Positions 17,237 to 29,357 of a stretch of 64,000 nucleotides of DNA are shown here, piece after piece; position 1 is the stretch's first letter; each line of letters opens with the position of its first letter. The translations under genes and the position numbers were made by a program. Source of the DNA: Candidatus Nanopelagicales bacterium (GTDB lineage: Bacteria > Actinomycetota > Actinomycetes > S36-B12 > UBA5976); the NCBI GenBank assembly GCA_030834185.1, contig JAURFT010000001.1, positions 14,552 to 78,551 on the forward strand, in the 5' to 3' direction. The notes below the pieces were generated by a model, which saw only the letters and a program-made list of their open reading frames with translations, was not told the origin of the DNA and ran no database searches.

Positions 17237-18783
17237 TATCTAATAAAAACTGGTGTTTGCGAGATGAGATCAAGCAGCGGCTGCGGATAGACGCCAAGGA
17301 TTAATGTAATAACAGCTGAAACTACAAGTGCAACTACTGTGAAATTACTTGGAATTGCCACCGCAACTTCAGTTGATTCAGCTGCTCTAAAGTACATAAG
17401 CACAACAACACGTAAATAGAACACCACCGCAATCGCGCTAGCTAAAATTGCAAGCAGCACAATTGGCATCTGATTGGCTTGCACTGCTGCTGCAAAAACT
17501 GAGAATTTAGCAATGAAGCCTGAGGTAAGTGGGAAGCCAGCTAGCGCTAACAGTAAAAATGTCATCGTAAATGCGGTTAGCGGAGATTTACTTGCTAAGC
17601 CTCGCCACGTATCAATGTTGTTAGCTTCTCCATTTGCATCACGAACCAACGAAAGCAACAGGAATACACCTAGTGTGGTGAACGCATAGGCAGCTAAATA
17701 AAACAGTACTGAAACCAGGCCAGCATTAGTTCCTGAAATTAGACCAACTAATAAAAATCCAGCATGCGCTACAGATGAATATGCCAACATTCGTTTGATA
17801 TCTGTTTGCATTAATGCTGCCAGCACACCAACAAACATTGTGATTGCAGCAATTGCCCAAAGCAGTGGTCGCCAATCCCAAATTAGAGCACCAAAAGCCG
17901 AATAAGCCAATCGCAGCATTGCTCCAAAAGCGGCCAACTTAACTCCAGCTGCCATAAATGCAGTTAGCGTGGTTGGAGCGCCTTGATAAACATCTGGGGT
18001 CCATTGATGAAATGGTGCAGAACCAATTTTGAACAGCATTCCAACAAAAATTAAGACCACACCGGCCATTAACAGCGTTGCGGTTTGTGGTCGACCTGGA
18101 ATTGCTTGTGCAATATCATTAAAATTAATTCCACCAGTTGCGCCATAAACTAACGCTGCTCCAAACAGGAAAAATGCTGATGAGTAGGCACCTAATACAA
18201 AATACTTCAGCGCGGCTTCTTGTGATAACAATCTTCGTCGTCGCGCCATGCCAGCCATTAGATAAAGTGGCAATGACATAACTTCCAGCGCGATAAACAT
18301 TGTAAGCAGATCATTAGCAACCACAAATAGCTGCATACCGCCAGCTGCAAACAAGAACAACGTCCAGATCTCTGTTGAATACCAGCCTGCAGCAGTGAAT
18401 GCCCGCTCATCTGAGCTACCTGGAATTGCAGAAGCTCTAGCTGCAAATGCATCTCCTGATGGATCTACTTTATTCTCAGCTAAACCAGCAGCTCCTACCA
18501 GCGCCACAAGTGCAATTACCGCTTGTAACAGCACGCCTGGGCCATCAATTGCAACTGCATCGCCAGCAGTGAGAGTTTCAGTGCCCAACAACAATGCAGC
18601 CGCTGCAAAAGATGCCAACAGCGCACCAAATACCAAAGCTAACTGCAGTGGACGTCTGGCAGCTCGAGGAGCAAAAGTTTCAATTAGTAACGAGAAAACA
18701 CCAGCTGCTAACAAAATAGTAAAGGGCGAAATTGCAAACCAGTTAATTTCTGGCTGTACAAAAACCTCTGTTGTAATCAACAT
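17236..18783 (-). CDS. nuoN: NADH-quinone oxidoreductase subunit N
   Basis: 515 aa polytopic antiporter-like subunit. It is the last gene of a colinear nuoA-N string and overlaps nuoM by 1 nt. Confidence 0.9.
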   Translation of the reverse strand: MLITTEVFVQPEINWFAISPFTILLAAGVFSLLIETFAPRAARRPLQLALVFGALLASFAAAALLLGTETLTAGDAVAIDGPGVLLQAVIALVALVGAAGLAENKVDPSGDAFAARASAIPGSSDERAFTAAGWYSTEIWTLFLFAAGGMQLFVVANDLLTMFIALEVMSLPLYLMAGMARRRRLLSQEAALKYFVLGAYSSAFFLFGAALVYGATGGINFNDIAQAIPGRPQTATLLMAGVVLIFVGMLFKIGSAPFHQWTPDVYQGAPTTLTAFMAAGVKLAAFGAMLRLAYSAFGALIWDWRPLLWAIAAITMFVGVLAALMQTDIKRMLAYSSVAHAGFLLVGLISGTNAGLVSVLFYLAAYAFTTLGVFLLLSLVRDANGEANNIDTWRGLASKSPLTAFTMTFLLLALAGFPLTSGFIAKFSVFAAAVQANQMPIVLLAILASAIAVVFYLRVVVLMYFRAAESTEVAVAIPSNFTVVALVVSAVITLILGVYPQPLLDLISQTPVFIR

Positions 18784-20306
18784 CAGTTATCTCCCCCAAT
18801 TAGCGCAGCTGGGTCAATTTGATTTACCTGCTGCATAACCTTTGTTGCAGTTGGATTTAAAACATCAAATGCAGGCTGTGGGACAAATCCAAGCGCAATA
18901 GTTAAAGCAATGATTGGCGACAGCGCCAATACTTCCCGGCCTGAAATTTCTTTTATGCCAGCAACTGCATCTGAAGGTTTACCGGTCATGGTTCGTTGAT
19001 ACAGCCAGAGCGCATAAACAGCAGCTACCACAATGCCCAGTGTGGCAAAACCAGCTAACAGCGGATATCGAGCAAAAGTTCCCAGCAGCACTGTGAATTC
19101 AGCTATAAAACTAGCAAGCCCTGGTAGCGCGACCGATGAAAGTGCTCCAAACAAAATAAATCCAGCCAACAGCGGTGTGGTTTGAAATGCGCCAGCATGA
19201 TCATCAATTTTGCTGCTTTGAGTTCGCTGCATTAAATACCCAGCTGCTAAGAATAAGGCAGCAGTTGAAAGTCCATGTGAAAGCATGTAGAACATTGATC
19301 CTGAAATTCCCTGTGTTGTAAAGGCGAATATGCCCAGCACAATAAAGCCAAAGTGAGATATCGATACATAAGCCATCAAACGCTTTATATCCCTAGATCC
19401 AATTGCCATGATTGCACCATAAAAAATACTTAAGACTGCAAGAGTTAGCGCTATTGGCGCAAGCTCAACTGAAGCTTCAGGGAACATTGGCAACAAGAAT
19501 CGCAGCATGCCATAAGTGCCAACTTTGTCCAAAATTCCAATCAGCAATACCGCAACTGTTGGCGTTGAGGATCCAGCTGCATCTGGCAACCAAGAATGCA
19601 GCGGCACCAGCGGAGCTTTTATTGCAAATGCAAAGAAAAACGCCATAAATAACCAGCGCTGCGTTTCAAGACTTAGATCAAGACTTGATAGGTACTCAAG
19701 ATCAAATGATCCAAATCCGGTGATGCGAATGCTGTTTACCCAAACTGAAATCACTCCAGCTAATAGCACAAGGCCACCAACAAGTGAGAAAATTAAAAAT
19801 TTAACTGCTGCTTTACGCCGGTTCTGATCTCCAAATCGACCAATTAAGAAATACATCGGAATCAGCATCACTTCAAAAAATACATAGAACATAAACAAAT
19901 CAGTAGCTGCAAAAACGCCAGTTACTACTGCCTGCAAAAGCAGCACTAAACCAAAGAATTTACCCGCCACATCATCAGCAATATCGCTCCAGCCAGCTAA
20001 CAGCACTACCGGCACCAAGATGGCAACAAGTCCCAACATAACCAGGCCAAGCCCATCGACCCCAACGGCCCAGCTAACCCCAAATGCTGCAATCCATTCA
20101 TAGTTCTCTGTCAGCTGGAATTTATCTGACGTACCAAGTTCAAATTGCAGCGCAGTTAAAACAAACATAAAGAAACTTGCCACTGAGAAACCAATTGCCA
20201 CAGCTTTAATTCGGGCAGCGCCAAATGCCATAGGTAGCGCAAATGTAACTAACGAACCAACTAATGGAAACAAAATTAACAGCGTTAAATAAGGCAGATT
20301 AGTCAT
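18783..20306 (-). CDS. nuoM: NADH-quinone oxidoreductase subunit M
   Basis: 507 aa antiporter-like subunit. Identified by position in the operon and typical blocks (WLPDA, HFGF). Confidence 0.9.
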   Translation of the reverse strand: MTNLPYLTLLILFPLVGSLVTFALPMAFGAARIKAVAIGFSVASFFMFVLTALQFELGTSDKFQLTENYEWIAAFGVSWAVGVDGLGLVMLGLVAILVPVVLLAGWSDIADDVAGKFFGLVLLLQAVVTGVFAATDLFMFYVFFEVMLIPMYFLIGRFGDQNRRKAAVKFLIFSLVGGLVLLAGVISVWVNSIRITGFGSFDLEYLSSLDLSLETQRWLFMAFFFAFAIKAPLVPLHSWLPDAAGSSTPTVAVLLIGILDKVGTYGMLRFLLPMFPEASVELAPIALTLAVLSIFYGAIMAIGSRDIKRLMAYVSISHFGFIVLGIFAFTTQGISGSMFYMLSHGLSTAALFLAAGYLMQRTQSSKIDDHAGAFQTTPLLAGFILFGALSSVALPGLASFIAEFTVLLGTFARYPLLAGFATLGIVVAAVYALWLYQRTMTGKPSDAVAGIKEISGREVLALSPIIALTIALGFVPQPAFDVLNPTATKVMQQVNQIDPAALIGGDN

Positions 20307-20309
20307 GAA

Positions 20310-22238
20310 TTAAAGCCTCACAATCGCAGCTAAGAGGAGTAACAGCGCAACACCAATTAGCATTGCAAGCGCATAATTTCTGGTATAGCCCGTTTGAGTA
20401 GCTCGAACTAAACTACTTAAGCCAAGCGTAATTCTGCCAATAAAATTCACACTGCCTTCAACAACCGAATTGTCTACTGCAGTTGTTGCATTAACAACCT
20501 GCTGGCCACCGCGCATAAATACTGCTTCATTTATGGCATCACCGTATAGATCTTTTCTAGCTGCTTTTGTAAATATCGACACATCTGTTGGAGCTACTCG
20601 AGCAGCTTCCTTTAGATATAACTTCACTGCTACTAAAACACCAAGCAGCACAGTAGCCAAGGTAATGGCAATCAATACTGGAATCGCTATTGGTGGCTCA
20701 GGGGTCTGATACCCAGTCACCGGTGCAAGCCAGCTTTTCAGTGCATCGTTATAAGTCAACAAAAATCCACTTGAGACTGATCCGATGGCAAGCACAACCA
20801 TTGGAATAGTCATTGTTAACCCAGATTCATGCGGATGTGCATCATCTTCCCAGCGTTTATTTGAGAAGAAGGTCATTAAAATTAATCTAGACATATAAAA
20901 CGCAGTAATTCCTGCACCAAGCAGTGTTGCTACACCTGCGATTATGCTGCGATCAAATGCAGCTTCAATGATTAAGTCTTTAGAATAAAAACCAGCAAAT
21001 GGCGGCACGCCTAATATTGCTAGGTAGCCAACAAAAAATGTACCGAACGTAATCATCATGATGCCGCGTAGCGCACCATATTTACGCATATCGACTTCAT
21101 CATTCATCGCATGCATTACTGAACCTGCGCCTAAGAACATTCCTGCTTTAAAGAAGCCGTGAGTTAATAAATGCATAATTGCATAGACATAGCCAATTGG
21201 GCCAAGTCCTGCAGCTAGCACCATATAGCCAATCTGACTCATGGTTGAGGCAGCAAGAGCTTTTTTGATGTCATCTTTTGCCATGCCGATTGCAGCACCA
21301 GCTAGCAAGGTCACTGCACCAACCAGAATAACTGCGTTTTGAGCAGCTACTGATAGATCATAAATCGAATTTGATCGAACAATTAAGTAAACACCAGCGG
21401 TGACCATGGTTGCGGCGTGAATTAACGCAGATACCGGAGTTGGACCTTCCATTGCATCAAGTAGCCAACTTTGTAGCGGCACTTGTGCGCTTTTGCCAGC
21501 AGCACCAATTAATAAAAATATACCTATTAGAAATAGCACTGTAGCTGAACCTTGCTCAGCTTTCTCAGAAATTCCAGCAAACGTAACTGTATGGAAAGCA
21601 ACAAACATCAACATAATTGCAAGCGATAGCCCAACATCGCCTACTCGATTCACCACAAACGCTTTCTTCGCAGCGGCTGCAGCTGATGGCTTATGTTGGT
21701 AGTAGCCAATTAGTAAATAGGAGGCAAGACCAACGCCCTCCCAGCCAACGTATAGCAATAAGTAGTTATCAGCTAAAACTAATAGCAGCATTGCAGCAAC
21801 GAATAAATTCAGATATCCAAAAAATCTACGCTTACCTGGGTCATGATCCATATATCCCAACGAATAGATGTGGATCAATGAACCAACTCCAGTAATCAAA
21901 AGCACAAAACTCATTGAGAGCGGATCAAGCTGGAAACCAAACGGAACTTGGAAGCTGCCGATGTTTATCCATTCAAATAACACCAAATTTTGGCTACGCA
22001 ATTCTTTTGGTAGCCCTAGCATCTGCAACCATAGGTAAACTGCAAATCCAAAACTTGTTGCCGGCATCAGCACAGCTAACAGCGGACCAAAACTATTAGT
22101 ACGGCTTCCACCCAGAAGCAAAACCAGAGCACCAATTAGTGGTAGCGCAATCAGCAGCCAAAGATAAGCAAACGACCCAGTTGCTACCTGGGTGTTCGCG
22201 ATCGGGCTGATCGCTTCAAAAGCCAATGTATATCCCAC
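20310..22238 (-). CDS. nuoL: NADH-quinone oxidoreductase subunit L
   Basis: 642 aa, the longest antiporter-like subunit, with a C-terminal lateral-helix extension. Identified also by operon position. Confidence 0.9.
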   Translation of the reverse strand: MGYTLAFEAISPIANTQVATGSFAYLWLLIALPLIGALVLLLGGSRTNSFGPLLAVLMPATSFGFAVYLWLQMLGLPKELRSQNLVLFEWINIGSFQVPFGFQLDPLSMSFVLLITGVGSLIHIYSLGYMDHDPGKRRFFGYLNLFVAAMLLLVLADNYLLLYVGWEGVGLASYLLIGYYQHKPSAAAAAKKAFVVNRVGDVGLSLAIMLMFVAFHTVTFAGISEKAEQGSATVLFLIGIFLLIGAAGKSAQVPLQSWLLDAMEGPTPVSALIHAATMVTAGVYLIVRSNSIYDLSVAAQNAVILVGAVTLLAGAAIGMAKDDIKKALAASTMSQIGYMVLAAGLGPIGYVYAIMHLLTHGFFKAGMFLGAGSVMHAMNDEVDMRKYGALRGIMMITFGTFFVGYLAILGVPPFAGFYSKDLIIEAAFDRSIIAGVATLLGAGITAFYMSRLILMTFFSNKRWEDDAHPHESGLTMTIPMVVLAIGSVSSGFLLTYNDALKSWLAPVTGYQTPEPPIAIPVLIAITLATVLLGVLVAVKLYLKEAARVAPTDVSIFTKAARKDLYGDAINEAVFMRGGQQVVNATTAVDNSVVEGSVNFIGRITLGLSSLVRATQTGYTRNYALAMLIGVALLLLLAAIVRL

Positions 22239-22250
22239 TTATCTCCTTGG

Positions 22251-22550
22251 TTAAGCTCGCAGCAGATTCGCTTCGTCAATCGAAGCGGTCTTTCTGGTTC
22301 TAAATATCGCCATAATGATTGCAAGTCCAATTACTACTTCAGCTGCAGCAACTACCATCACAAAAAATGCTACAACTTGACCATCGAAGGTCCCATTAGC
22401 CTGAGCGAACGCTACAAATGCAAGATTCGCAGCATTTAACATCAACTCGATAGACATAAACATCACAATTGCATTTCGTCGCACCAACACACCAACAGCA
22501 CCAATTGAAAATAGTATGGCTGCCAAAATAACGTAATTAGTTACGTCCAT
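22251..22550 (-). CDS. nuoK: NADH-quinone oxidoreductase subunit K
   Basis: I start it at ATG 22548-22550 ([14 protein letters not shown]) with GGAGG 7 nt upstream. That gives 99 aa and 3 TM segments. The track start at 22565 is 5 codons longer. Confidence 0.85.
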   Translation of the reverse strand: MDVTNYVILAAILFSIGAVGVLVRRNAIVMFMSIELMLNAANLAFVAFAQANGTFDGQVVAFFVMVVAAAEVVIGLAIIMAIFRTRKTASIDEANLLRA

Positions 22551-23319
22551 CCTGGCCTCCTTCAATAACAGTATTTCCTTGAGTCAAATCAACAATTTGC
22601 TGTGCATCTTCTTCGTTAATATCTCGAACTGATCCGCGAGCTTGCAGCGGAGCTGGCACTGAGATTGTTGAAACTGAGCCATCTGGTAACAGCGCTGGTG
22701 TATCAACTGCATTATGTCTGGCGTAAACGCCTGATGAAGGTAGTGGACCTGGATGCTTTCCAGTTAATGCATAATCAGCAAATCTAGCTTTTTGTTGTTC
22801 GCGCTGGCTAAGTTTTGGTGTGATTCGCTCCCGATGCGCCAACACCATCGCACCAACAGCAGCAGTGACAAGTAGTGCTGCTGTGACTTCAAGCGCTAAG
22901 ACATATTTGCTAAACATTAAATTCGCAATTGCCTGCACATTGCCGCCAGCTAAGACTGTGTCAAGCTGTGTGTCTGTTGCGATTACCGCACTGCCAATGC
23001 TTGTTGTCAGCAGCAAGCCCAGCGCAACAGCAACGGCAATTGCCGTTACGCGCTGTCCTTTGAGAGTCTCTGTTAAAGAATCAGAAGAATCAACTCCAAC
23101 AATCATCAACACGAACAAGAACAGCATCATCACCGCACCGGTGTAAACAATGATTTGAACCATTCCTAAAAATGGGGCTGATAGCTGTAAATACAAAACT
23201 GCAAGATTGATCATGGTTAGCGCCACAAAAAGCGCTGAATGAACTGCGCGTTTTGATAACAACATACCTAGCGCGCCAGTTACAGACAGCGTTGCGCAGA
23301 TCGCAAAAGTTATGCTCAT
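22537..23319 (-). CDS. nuoJ: NADH-quinone oxidoreductase subunit J
   Basis: 260 aa membrane subunit with a hydrophilic C-terminal extension. Identified by operon position. Confidence 0.85.
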   Translation of the reverse strand: MSITFAICATLSVTGALGMLLSKRAVHSALFVALTMINLAVLYLQLSAPFLGMVQIIVYTGAVMMLFLFVLMIVGVDSSDSLTETLKGQRVTAIAVAVALGLLLTTSIGSAVIATDTQLDTVLAGGNVQAIANLMFSKYVLALEVTAALLVTAAVGAMVLAHRERITPKLSQREQQKARFADYALTGKHPGPLPSSGVYARHNAVDTPALLPDGSVSTISVPAPLQARGSVRDINEEDAQQIVDLTQGNTVIEGGQDGRN

Positions 23320-23864
23320 TCCTGCTCGCTTTCCAAAATCTGCGCAGGTGTAGCCCCAGTCACTTTTCCAGAGTAATAATCCCGATCTGTTAATCCTTCA
23401 ACCATCTGGTGAGGTGGTTGCGCCATTCCTGGTAGTAGCGGAGCTAATAAATCTTGTTTTTCATAAATTAATTTGGCTCTTGAATTATCTGCTAATTCAT
23501 ACTCATTAGTCATAGTTAATGCTCGAGTTGGACATGCTTCAATGCATAGTCCGCACAAAATGCAGCGTAAATAATTAATTTGATACACCTTGCCAAATCG
23601 TTCCCCTGGCGAGAAGCGTGCTTCCTCAGTGTTATCGGCACCTTCAACATAAATGGCATCTGCTGGACAAGCCCAAGCGCAAAGTTCACAGCCAATGCAT
23701 TTTTCCAAACCATCTGGATAACGATTTAATTGATGGCGACCATGAAAGCGTGGCTGTGGTGGGTATATGTGTTTCTCTTCTGGGTATTGCTCAGTAATTG
23801 GCTTACGGAACATCGCTGAAAAGGTTAGCCAGAATCCTCGTATTACCTGCGGAGCTTTAGCCAT
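23316..23864 (-). CDS. nuoI: NADH-quinone oxidoreductase subunit I (2x[4Fe-4S])
   Basis: 182 aa with two ferredoxin motifs, [12 protein letters not shown] and [12 protein letters not shown]. Confidence 0.95.
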   Translation of the reverse strand: MAKAPQVIRGFWLTFSAMFRKPITEQYPEEKHIYPPQPRFHGRHQLNRYPDGLEKCIGCELCAWACPADAIYVEGADNTEEARFSPGERFGKVYQINYLRCILCGLCIEACPTRALTMTNEYELADNSRAKLIYEKQDLLAPLLPGMAQPPHQMVEGLTDRDYYSGKVTGATPAQILESEQE

Positions 23865-25137
23865 TTGTATCTCGCTTACTTTCCACCTCAGGGCGGTTAG
23901 GGTTTGTAATTCGAGCTGCGCTCATTGGTGGCACTGGGAAACTTGAAATTACCAGATCAGCTTCTTGTTCTGGTTGCTTTGATTTACGCAGCTCAAGCAG
24001 AACACTTATTAATAACAGTGCTGCAACTGGTATCGCCAAAATAGTGATCGCTCTGGTGTTTGACAGTAACTCTTCTGAAATTACTACTCGAGCTGCACCA
24101 ACCACAAAAACCCAACCAAGTGCAACTGGGATTAATACTTTCCAACCAAAATCCATAAACTGGTCGTAGCGCAATCTTGGCAGGGTCCCTCGAAGCCAGA
24201 TAAAGATAAAAATGAATGCCAGGATTTTGCCAAAGAACCAAATTAATGGCATCCAACCTTCATTTGCACCAGGAATCATGGAGAACGGATACGGTGCGCG
24301 CCATCCACCTAAGAATAAAGTTGTCGCTAACGCAGAAACAGTCACCATGTTTACATATTCAGCTAAGAAGAAAAGTGCGAACTTTAATGAAGAGTATTCA
24401 GTATGAAAACCGCCAACTAACTCACCTTCAGCTTCAGGTAAATCAAATGGAGCTCGGTTTGTTTCACCAACCATTGAAGTTGTGTAAATAATAAATGACG
24501 GCAACAGCAAAATTGCATACCAAATTCGCTCTTGCGCAGTAACAATTTCAGATGTCGACATTGATCCGGCATATAAGAAAACTGCAACAAACGACAAGCC
24601 CATTGCAATTTCATATGAAACCATCTGTGCTGATGAGCGCAGCCCGCCAAGCAGTGAATAAGTTGAGCCCGATGCCCAACCAGCTAGCACAATGCCATAA
24701 ATTCCAATCGAGGTTACAGCCAGCACATAAAGCACCGAAACTGAAAAATCTGTAAGTTGCAGCGGAGTTTGGTAGCCAAATACAGACACCATCGGCCCAA
24801 ATGGAATAACTGCCATTGCCATAAATGCGGTAGTAACAGAGATAACTGGTGCCAATAAAAATACGGCTTTGGATGCATTTTTTGGAATTATGTCTTCTTT
24901 AAGCGCAAGCTTTAATCCATCCATCAAGCTTTGTAGTAATCCAAATGGCCCAACGCGATTTGGACCAAGTCGGAACTGCATTCGAGCTACTACACGTCGC
25001 TCTGCCCAAATACTAAATAGCACCAAAACCACAAGCACCACAAAAACAACTAGCACCTTTGCTGTAATTAACCACCACGGATCTCTACCAAAATCAGCCA
25101 AGGTTGGGTCTAATTTAAACAACATAAGCACCTGCAT
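23857..25137 (-). CDS. nuoH: NADH-quinone oxidoreductase subunit H
   Basis: 426 aa ND1-like, with blocks [22 protein letters not shown] and [11 protein letters not shown]. The start is uncertain (25137 or 25125); either overlaps the nuoG end. Confidence 0.9.
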   Translation of the reverse strand: MQVLMLFKLDPTLADFGRDPWWLITAKVLVVFVVLVVLVLFSIWAERRVVARMQFRLGPNRVGPFGLLQSLMDGLKLALKEDIIPKNASKAVFLLAPVISVTTAFMAMAVIPFGPMVSVFGYQTPLQLTDFSVSVLYVLAVTSIGIYGIVLAGWASGSTYSLLGGLRSSAQMVSYEIAMGLSFVAVFLYAGSMSTSEIVTAQERIWYAILLLPSFIIYTTSMVGETNRAPFDLPEAEGELVGGFHTEYSSLKFALFFLAEYVNMVTVSALATTLFLGGWRAPYPFSMIPGANEGWMPLIWFFGKILAFIFIFIWLRGTLPRLRYDQFMDFGWKVLIPVALGWVFVVGAARVVISEELLSNTRAITILAIPVAALLLISVLLELRKSKQPEQEADLVISSFPVPPMSAARITNPNRPEVESKRDTNG

Positions 25138-27484
25138 CCTTCACGCTGACCGAATCGCCAATAGTGATGCCTAAGTTGATCAGAGGTGTTGAACCATCAC
25201 TGTTTAATGGAAGCCAGATAGTTTGATCAGCAACAGCTGCAATCTCTACCGGAATTACAAGCGTGCCACCGGGCGCTTCCAAAACAACTAAGTTGCCATC
25301 AATAAGACCATGATCTGCAGCAGTTTTAGCATTAACTTTTGCAACTGCCTCACGCGCCGTTGCGGCAAGATGAGCCTCGCCGTTTTGCAAGCTGCCGTTA
25401 TCAATTAACTGGCGCAATCCAGCCAAAACTAAACCTGCAGATTCAACTGCGCTTACTTTTGTCATAGCTGGTTTTTTTGTTGTTGACTTTAGTTCAGTTA
25501 ATGATTTGTGAAGTGCGGCAGATTTTGCGTCATCTGCAAACTTAATTCCAAGCTCATTAGCGATTAAATGCAGCACTCGAGCATCACTAAGCGCAAGAGA
25601 TTGATGCATTGCAGCTGTGAACGAACGCTCTCGACCTTCCCAATCCACAAAACTTCCTTCACGCTCTGTGATCACACCAACTGGCAAGATCACATCAGCA
25701 TAATCAGTAACTGATGAATAATGAGGTTCAAGGGAGACCACAAAAGTTTTGGCCAAAGCTGCCTTGAAATCATCATGGTAAGCAACGTCAGTTACATCTA
25801 CACCTGCAACTAAAAATGCATCTAATTTAGCTGCATTTGCAGCTTGCACCATGCCTTTTTGATCAAGTCCAATAGCTGTTGGTAGTTGTTGAACATTCCA
25901 CTCTGCAGCAACTGCAGCTCGATCTGTTGCATCACTAAGCAATCTTCCACCTGGTAGCAGATTTGGCAGCAATCCTGCTTCAACTGCGCCTCTCTCACCT
26001 GCTCTTCTAGGCACCCATGCCAGCTTTGCCGCAGTTGCATCACTTAAAGCAACCGCTGCGCTCAATAGTCCAGCACTAGCAGCAGCTCGTTCGCCCACAA
26101 GCACAATTGCATTGCGGCCTTTTAATTTATCGGACAGCGCGCTTAAAGCTGCAGCTTCAGTTCCCGGTTTTGCTAAATGCAGCTCGGCACTTAGCTTCTC
26201 ATGACCTGGCGCTGCTGCTGAATCTACTGCTATAACTTTTAGCTTGTTGTTGCGAACTGCTTTTCGTAATCGAAGTTGAACAATTGGAGATTCATTTTCA
26301 GGTTCAAAAGCTACAAGCACAACAACGTCTGCAGTTTCTAAATCTCGATAAGAAACATTTAAACCAGAGCCAGCAATGTGATTTGCCAAAAATTCAGCTT
26401 CTTCATCAGATGAAGTTCGATTGCGGAAATCTAGATTATTTGTATTAAGCACAACTCTGGCAAATCTAGCAAATGCATATGCGTCTTCTTGCGGTAAGCG
26501 GCCCCCAGTTAACACTCCAGCTCGCTTACCTTTTAATCCCGCTGCTGCAAAACTAATAGCTTCTGGCCATGAAGCAGCTCGTAGCTCACCGTTTTCTCGA
26601 ATTAGCGGAGTGCTGATTCGATCAATAACTGTATGCGTAAACGCAAAGCGACCCTTGTCGCAATTCCATTCTTCATTAACTTCAGGATCGTTTGAAGCTA
26701 ATCGACGCATAATTTTCCCACGACGCACATCGGTTCGAGTTGAACAACCCGATGAGCAATGTTCGCAAATTGTGTTGTGAGAAATTAAGTCAAATGGTCG
26801 AGATCGGAACCTATAAGTTGCGCTAGTGAGCGCACCTACTGGACAAATCTGAATTGTGTTACCACCAAAATATGATTCAAATGGCCGATCATCTGCTGTT
26901 CCAACTTGTTGATGCGCGCCTCGCTCTAGCAATTCAAGAGTTGGGTCTCCAGCAATCTCGTCAGCAAATCTGGTGCATCGAGCACATGAGACACAGCGCT
27001 CACGGTCAAGCAAGATTTCAGAATTTATATTGATTGGTTTTTCAAATAGTCGCTTAGTGCCCTCTTCAAATCTTGATTCAGCCCGGCCATTAGTCATTGC
27101 TTGATTTTGTAACGGGCATTCACCACCCTTATCGCAGACTGGACAATCAAGTGGGTGATTGAGTAACAAAAACTCCATCACTCCTGCTTGCGCTTGGGCT
27201 GCAACTTCTGAAGACTGCTGAGTTTTAACCACCATCCCATCTGTTAGCGCAATGGCGCATGATGGTTGGGGCTTTGGCATGCCATCAATTTCAACCAGAC
27301 ACATCCGGCATGCTGCAACTGGCGCAAGAGATGGGTGATCGCAGAAGCGTGGAATTTGATTTCCAAGCTGTTCGGCAGCTCGAATAATCAACGTTCCTTT
27401 TGGCACCCGAATCTCGATGCCATCAATAACAGCGCTGATTAGTTCAGTTTGATTGCTGGCATTTGAGTTTGCAGTAACTGTCAT
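25115..27484 (-). CDS. nuoG: NADH-quinone oxidoreductase subunit G
   Basis: 789 aa. N-terminal 2Fe-2S/4Fe-4S Cys clusters ([29 protein letters not shown]), then a molybdopterin-like domain. Confidence 0.95.
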   Translation of the reverse strand: MTVTANSNASNQTELISAVIDGIEIRVPKGTLIIRAAEQLGNQIPRFCDHPSLAPVAACRMCLVEIDGMPKPQPSCAIALTDGMVVKTQQSSEVAAQAQAGVMEFLLLNHPLDCPVCDKGGECPLQNQAMTNGRAESRFEEGTKRLFEKPININSEILLDRERCVSCARCTRFADEIAGDPTLELLERGAHQQVGTADDRPFESYFGGNTIQICPVGALTSATYRFRSRPFDLISHNTICEHCSSGCSTRTDVRRGKIMRRLASNDPEVNEEWNCDKGRFAFTHTVIDRISTPLIRENGELRAASWPEAISFAAAGLKGKRAGVLTGGRLPQEDAYAFARFARVVLNTNNLDFRNRTSSDEEAEFLANHIAGSGLNVSYRDLETADVVVLVAFEPENESPIVQLRLRKAVRNNKLKVIAVDSAAAPGHEKLSAELHLAKPGTEAAALSALSDKLKGRNAIVLVGERAAASAGLLSAAVALSDATAAKLAWVPRRAGERGAVEAGLLPNLLPGGRLLSDATDRAAVAAEWNVQQLPTAIGLDQKGMVQAANAAKLDAFLVAGVDVTDVAYHDDFKAALAKTFVVSLEPHYSSVTDYADVILPVGVITEREGSFVDWEGRERSFTAAMHQSLALSDARVLHLIANELGIKFADDAKSAALHKSLTELKSTTKKPAMTKVSAVESAGLVLAGLRQLIDNGSLQNGEAHLAATAREAVAKVNAKTAADHGLIDGNLVVLEAPGGTLVIPVEIAAVADQTIWLPLNSDGSTPLINLGITIGDSVSVKDAGAYVV

Positions 27485-28734
27485 TTTGCACCAACTAATT
27501 TACTTTCAAACTCTTCACGGAAATATTTCAGCGCGGCTGGAATCGGGGTTGCTGCTGCATCACCCAGCGCACAGAAGCTTCGACCAGAGATTTGAGCTGA
27601 GATATCTACAAGTAGATCTAAATCAGCAAGCTCACCTTTGCCTTTTTCTAACCGCTTCAAGATATCAACCATAAAATATGTACCCTCACGACATGGTGTG
27701 CATTTACCGCATGATTCATGCTTATAAAACTCAATCCATCTAACTACCGCTTTAGTCACGCTGCGTGAGGTGTCAAAAACCATCGGAGTTCCAGTGCCAA
27801 GCATCGTTCCATGCGCTGCCATATCTTCATAAGTTAGCGGCACATCTAAATGCTCTGGTGTTAATAGCGGAACTGAAGATCCGCCAGGCACAAAGAATTT
27901 AACCGGGCGATCACTAACCATGCCACCAGCATAATTAATTAACTCACGCATTGTGATACCCAGTGGTGCTTCAAAGATGCCAGGTCGTAAAACATCTCCC
28001 GAAACTGCAAACAATTTTATGCCAGGTGATTTTTCAGTACCAAAAGATTTATACCAAGCAGCACCGTTTTTAATAATTGCTGGAACCGAAGCAACTGTTT
28101 CAACATTGTTAACAACAGTTGGTGATGCATATAAACCAGCAACGGCAGGAAATGGTGGCTTTAGCCTTGGTTGACCACGACGGCCTTCTAGTGAATCAAG
28201 CAGCGCAGTTTCTTCGCCACAGATATATGCGCCAGCGCCAGAATGCACAACTACTTCAAGGTCAAAACCTGTACCAAGAATATTTTTTCCAAGTAGCTTA
28301 GCTTCGTAAGCTGCAGCTACTGCTTGTCGTACGCGGCGAATTGGGTGCGGTGTCTCGCCACGAATATAAATAAACGCATAATTAGCGCGAATTGCATAAG
28401 CTGCAATGATCACGCCTTCAATTAGTGAATGCGGATTAAGCATCATTAGCGGAATGTCTTTGCAAGCACCTGGTTCAGATTCATCAGCATTAACTACTAG
28501 GTAATGCGGCTTGCCATCGCCTTGCGGAACAAATCCCCATTTCATTCCAGTTGGAAATCCTGCACCACCTCGTCCACGCAGGCCAGATTCTTTTACCTCA
28601 GCAATCACACCATCTTCACCAAGTTCAAATGCTTTTTTCATGGCGGTGTAGCCGCCATGGCGCTGATACCCAGTTAATGTGTGCGAATCAGCTTCATCCC
28701 AGTGCGCAGACAAGTTTGGAACTAACTTAGTCAT
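27481..28734 (-). CDS. nuoF: NADH-quinone oxidoreductase subunit F
   Basis: 417 aa. FMN/NADH motifs GRGGAGFPTGMKW and a C-terminal ESCGKCTPCREG 4Fe-4S site. Confidence 0.95.
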   Translation of the reverse strand: MTKLVPNLSAHWDEADSHTLTGYQRHGGYTAMKKAFELGEDGVIAEVKESGLRGRGGAGFPTGMKWGFVPQGDGKPHYLVVNADESEPGACKDIPLMMLNPHSLIEGVIIAAYAIRANYAFIYIRGETPHPIRRVRQAVAAAYEAKLLGKNILGTGFDLEVVVHSGAGAYICGEETALLDSLEGRRGQPRLKPPFPAVAGLYASPTVVNNVETVASVPAIIKNGAAWYKSFGTEKSPGIKLFAVSGDVLRPGIFEAPLGITMRELINYAGGMVSDRPVKFFVPGGSSVPLLTPEHLDVPLTYEDMAAHGTMLGTGTPMVFDTSRSVTKAVVRWIEFYKHESCGKCTPCREGTYFMVDILKRLEKGKGELADLDLLVDISAQISGRSFCALGDAAATPIPAALKYFREEFESKLVGAK

Positions 28735-29357
28735 TAGTTACCTTCCTTTTTTGCAGCTCTTAATCCAACAAGCATTGCATCATCAATAGCCGGTTCATCT
28801 ACTTCGCCATCATCAAAGCCTGCAATAGTGCGGCTTACTTCTTTGAAAGTGCGAATCTTTGGTCCGCGAGTTGAACGAACTTCAACTCCAGCTTGAAGAT
28901 CAGAAACTAATTTAACCGCTTTAGTCTCATCCATATCATCCATAAATTCCCAATTAGCAGTCATTACTGGGGCATGAGTACAAGCTGCTTGGCATTCAAT
29001 TCGCTCTAGCGTAATCTGCCCATCTGCTGTTGTTTCATCATGACCAATACCTAAATCACTTGAAATCCGATTCCAAATTGCATCGCCGCCTTTTAAGGCA
29101 CACATGGAATTCACGCATACTCCAAGATGATGCTTACCAACTGGATAACGCTTGAACATCGTATAAAAAGATGCAACAGCAGAAACTTCAGCTGTAGTTA
29201 GTCCAACTTCAGCAGCGCAAACTTCAATTCCAGCTTGCGTAATGTAACCCTCAACTGATTGCACTAAATGCAACATAGGAAGCAGCGCTGACCTTGGCTC
29301 TGGATAACGTGCGATCAATTCACGAAGTTCATTTTTAAATTGCTCAGTAATTGCCAT
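28734..29357 (-). CDS. nuoE: NADH-quinone oxidoreductase subunit E
   Basis: 207 aa thioredoxin-like 2Fe-2S subunit (CVNSMC ... CQAAC). TAATG overlap with nuoF. Confidence 0.9.
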   Translation of the reverse strand: MAITEQFKNELRELIARYPEPRSALLPMLHLVQSVEGYITQAGIEVCAAEVGLTTAEVSAVASFYTMFKRYPVGKHHLGVCVNSMCALKGGDAIWNRISSDLGIGHDETTADGQITLERIECQAACTHAPVMTANWEFMDDMDETKAVKLVSDLQAGVEVRSTRGPKIRTFKEVSRTIAGFDDGEVDEPAIDDAMLVGLRAAKKEGN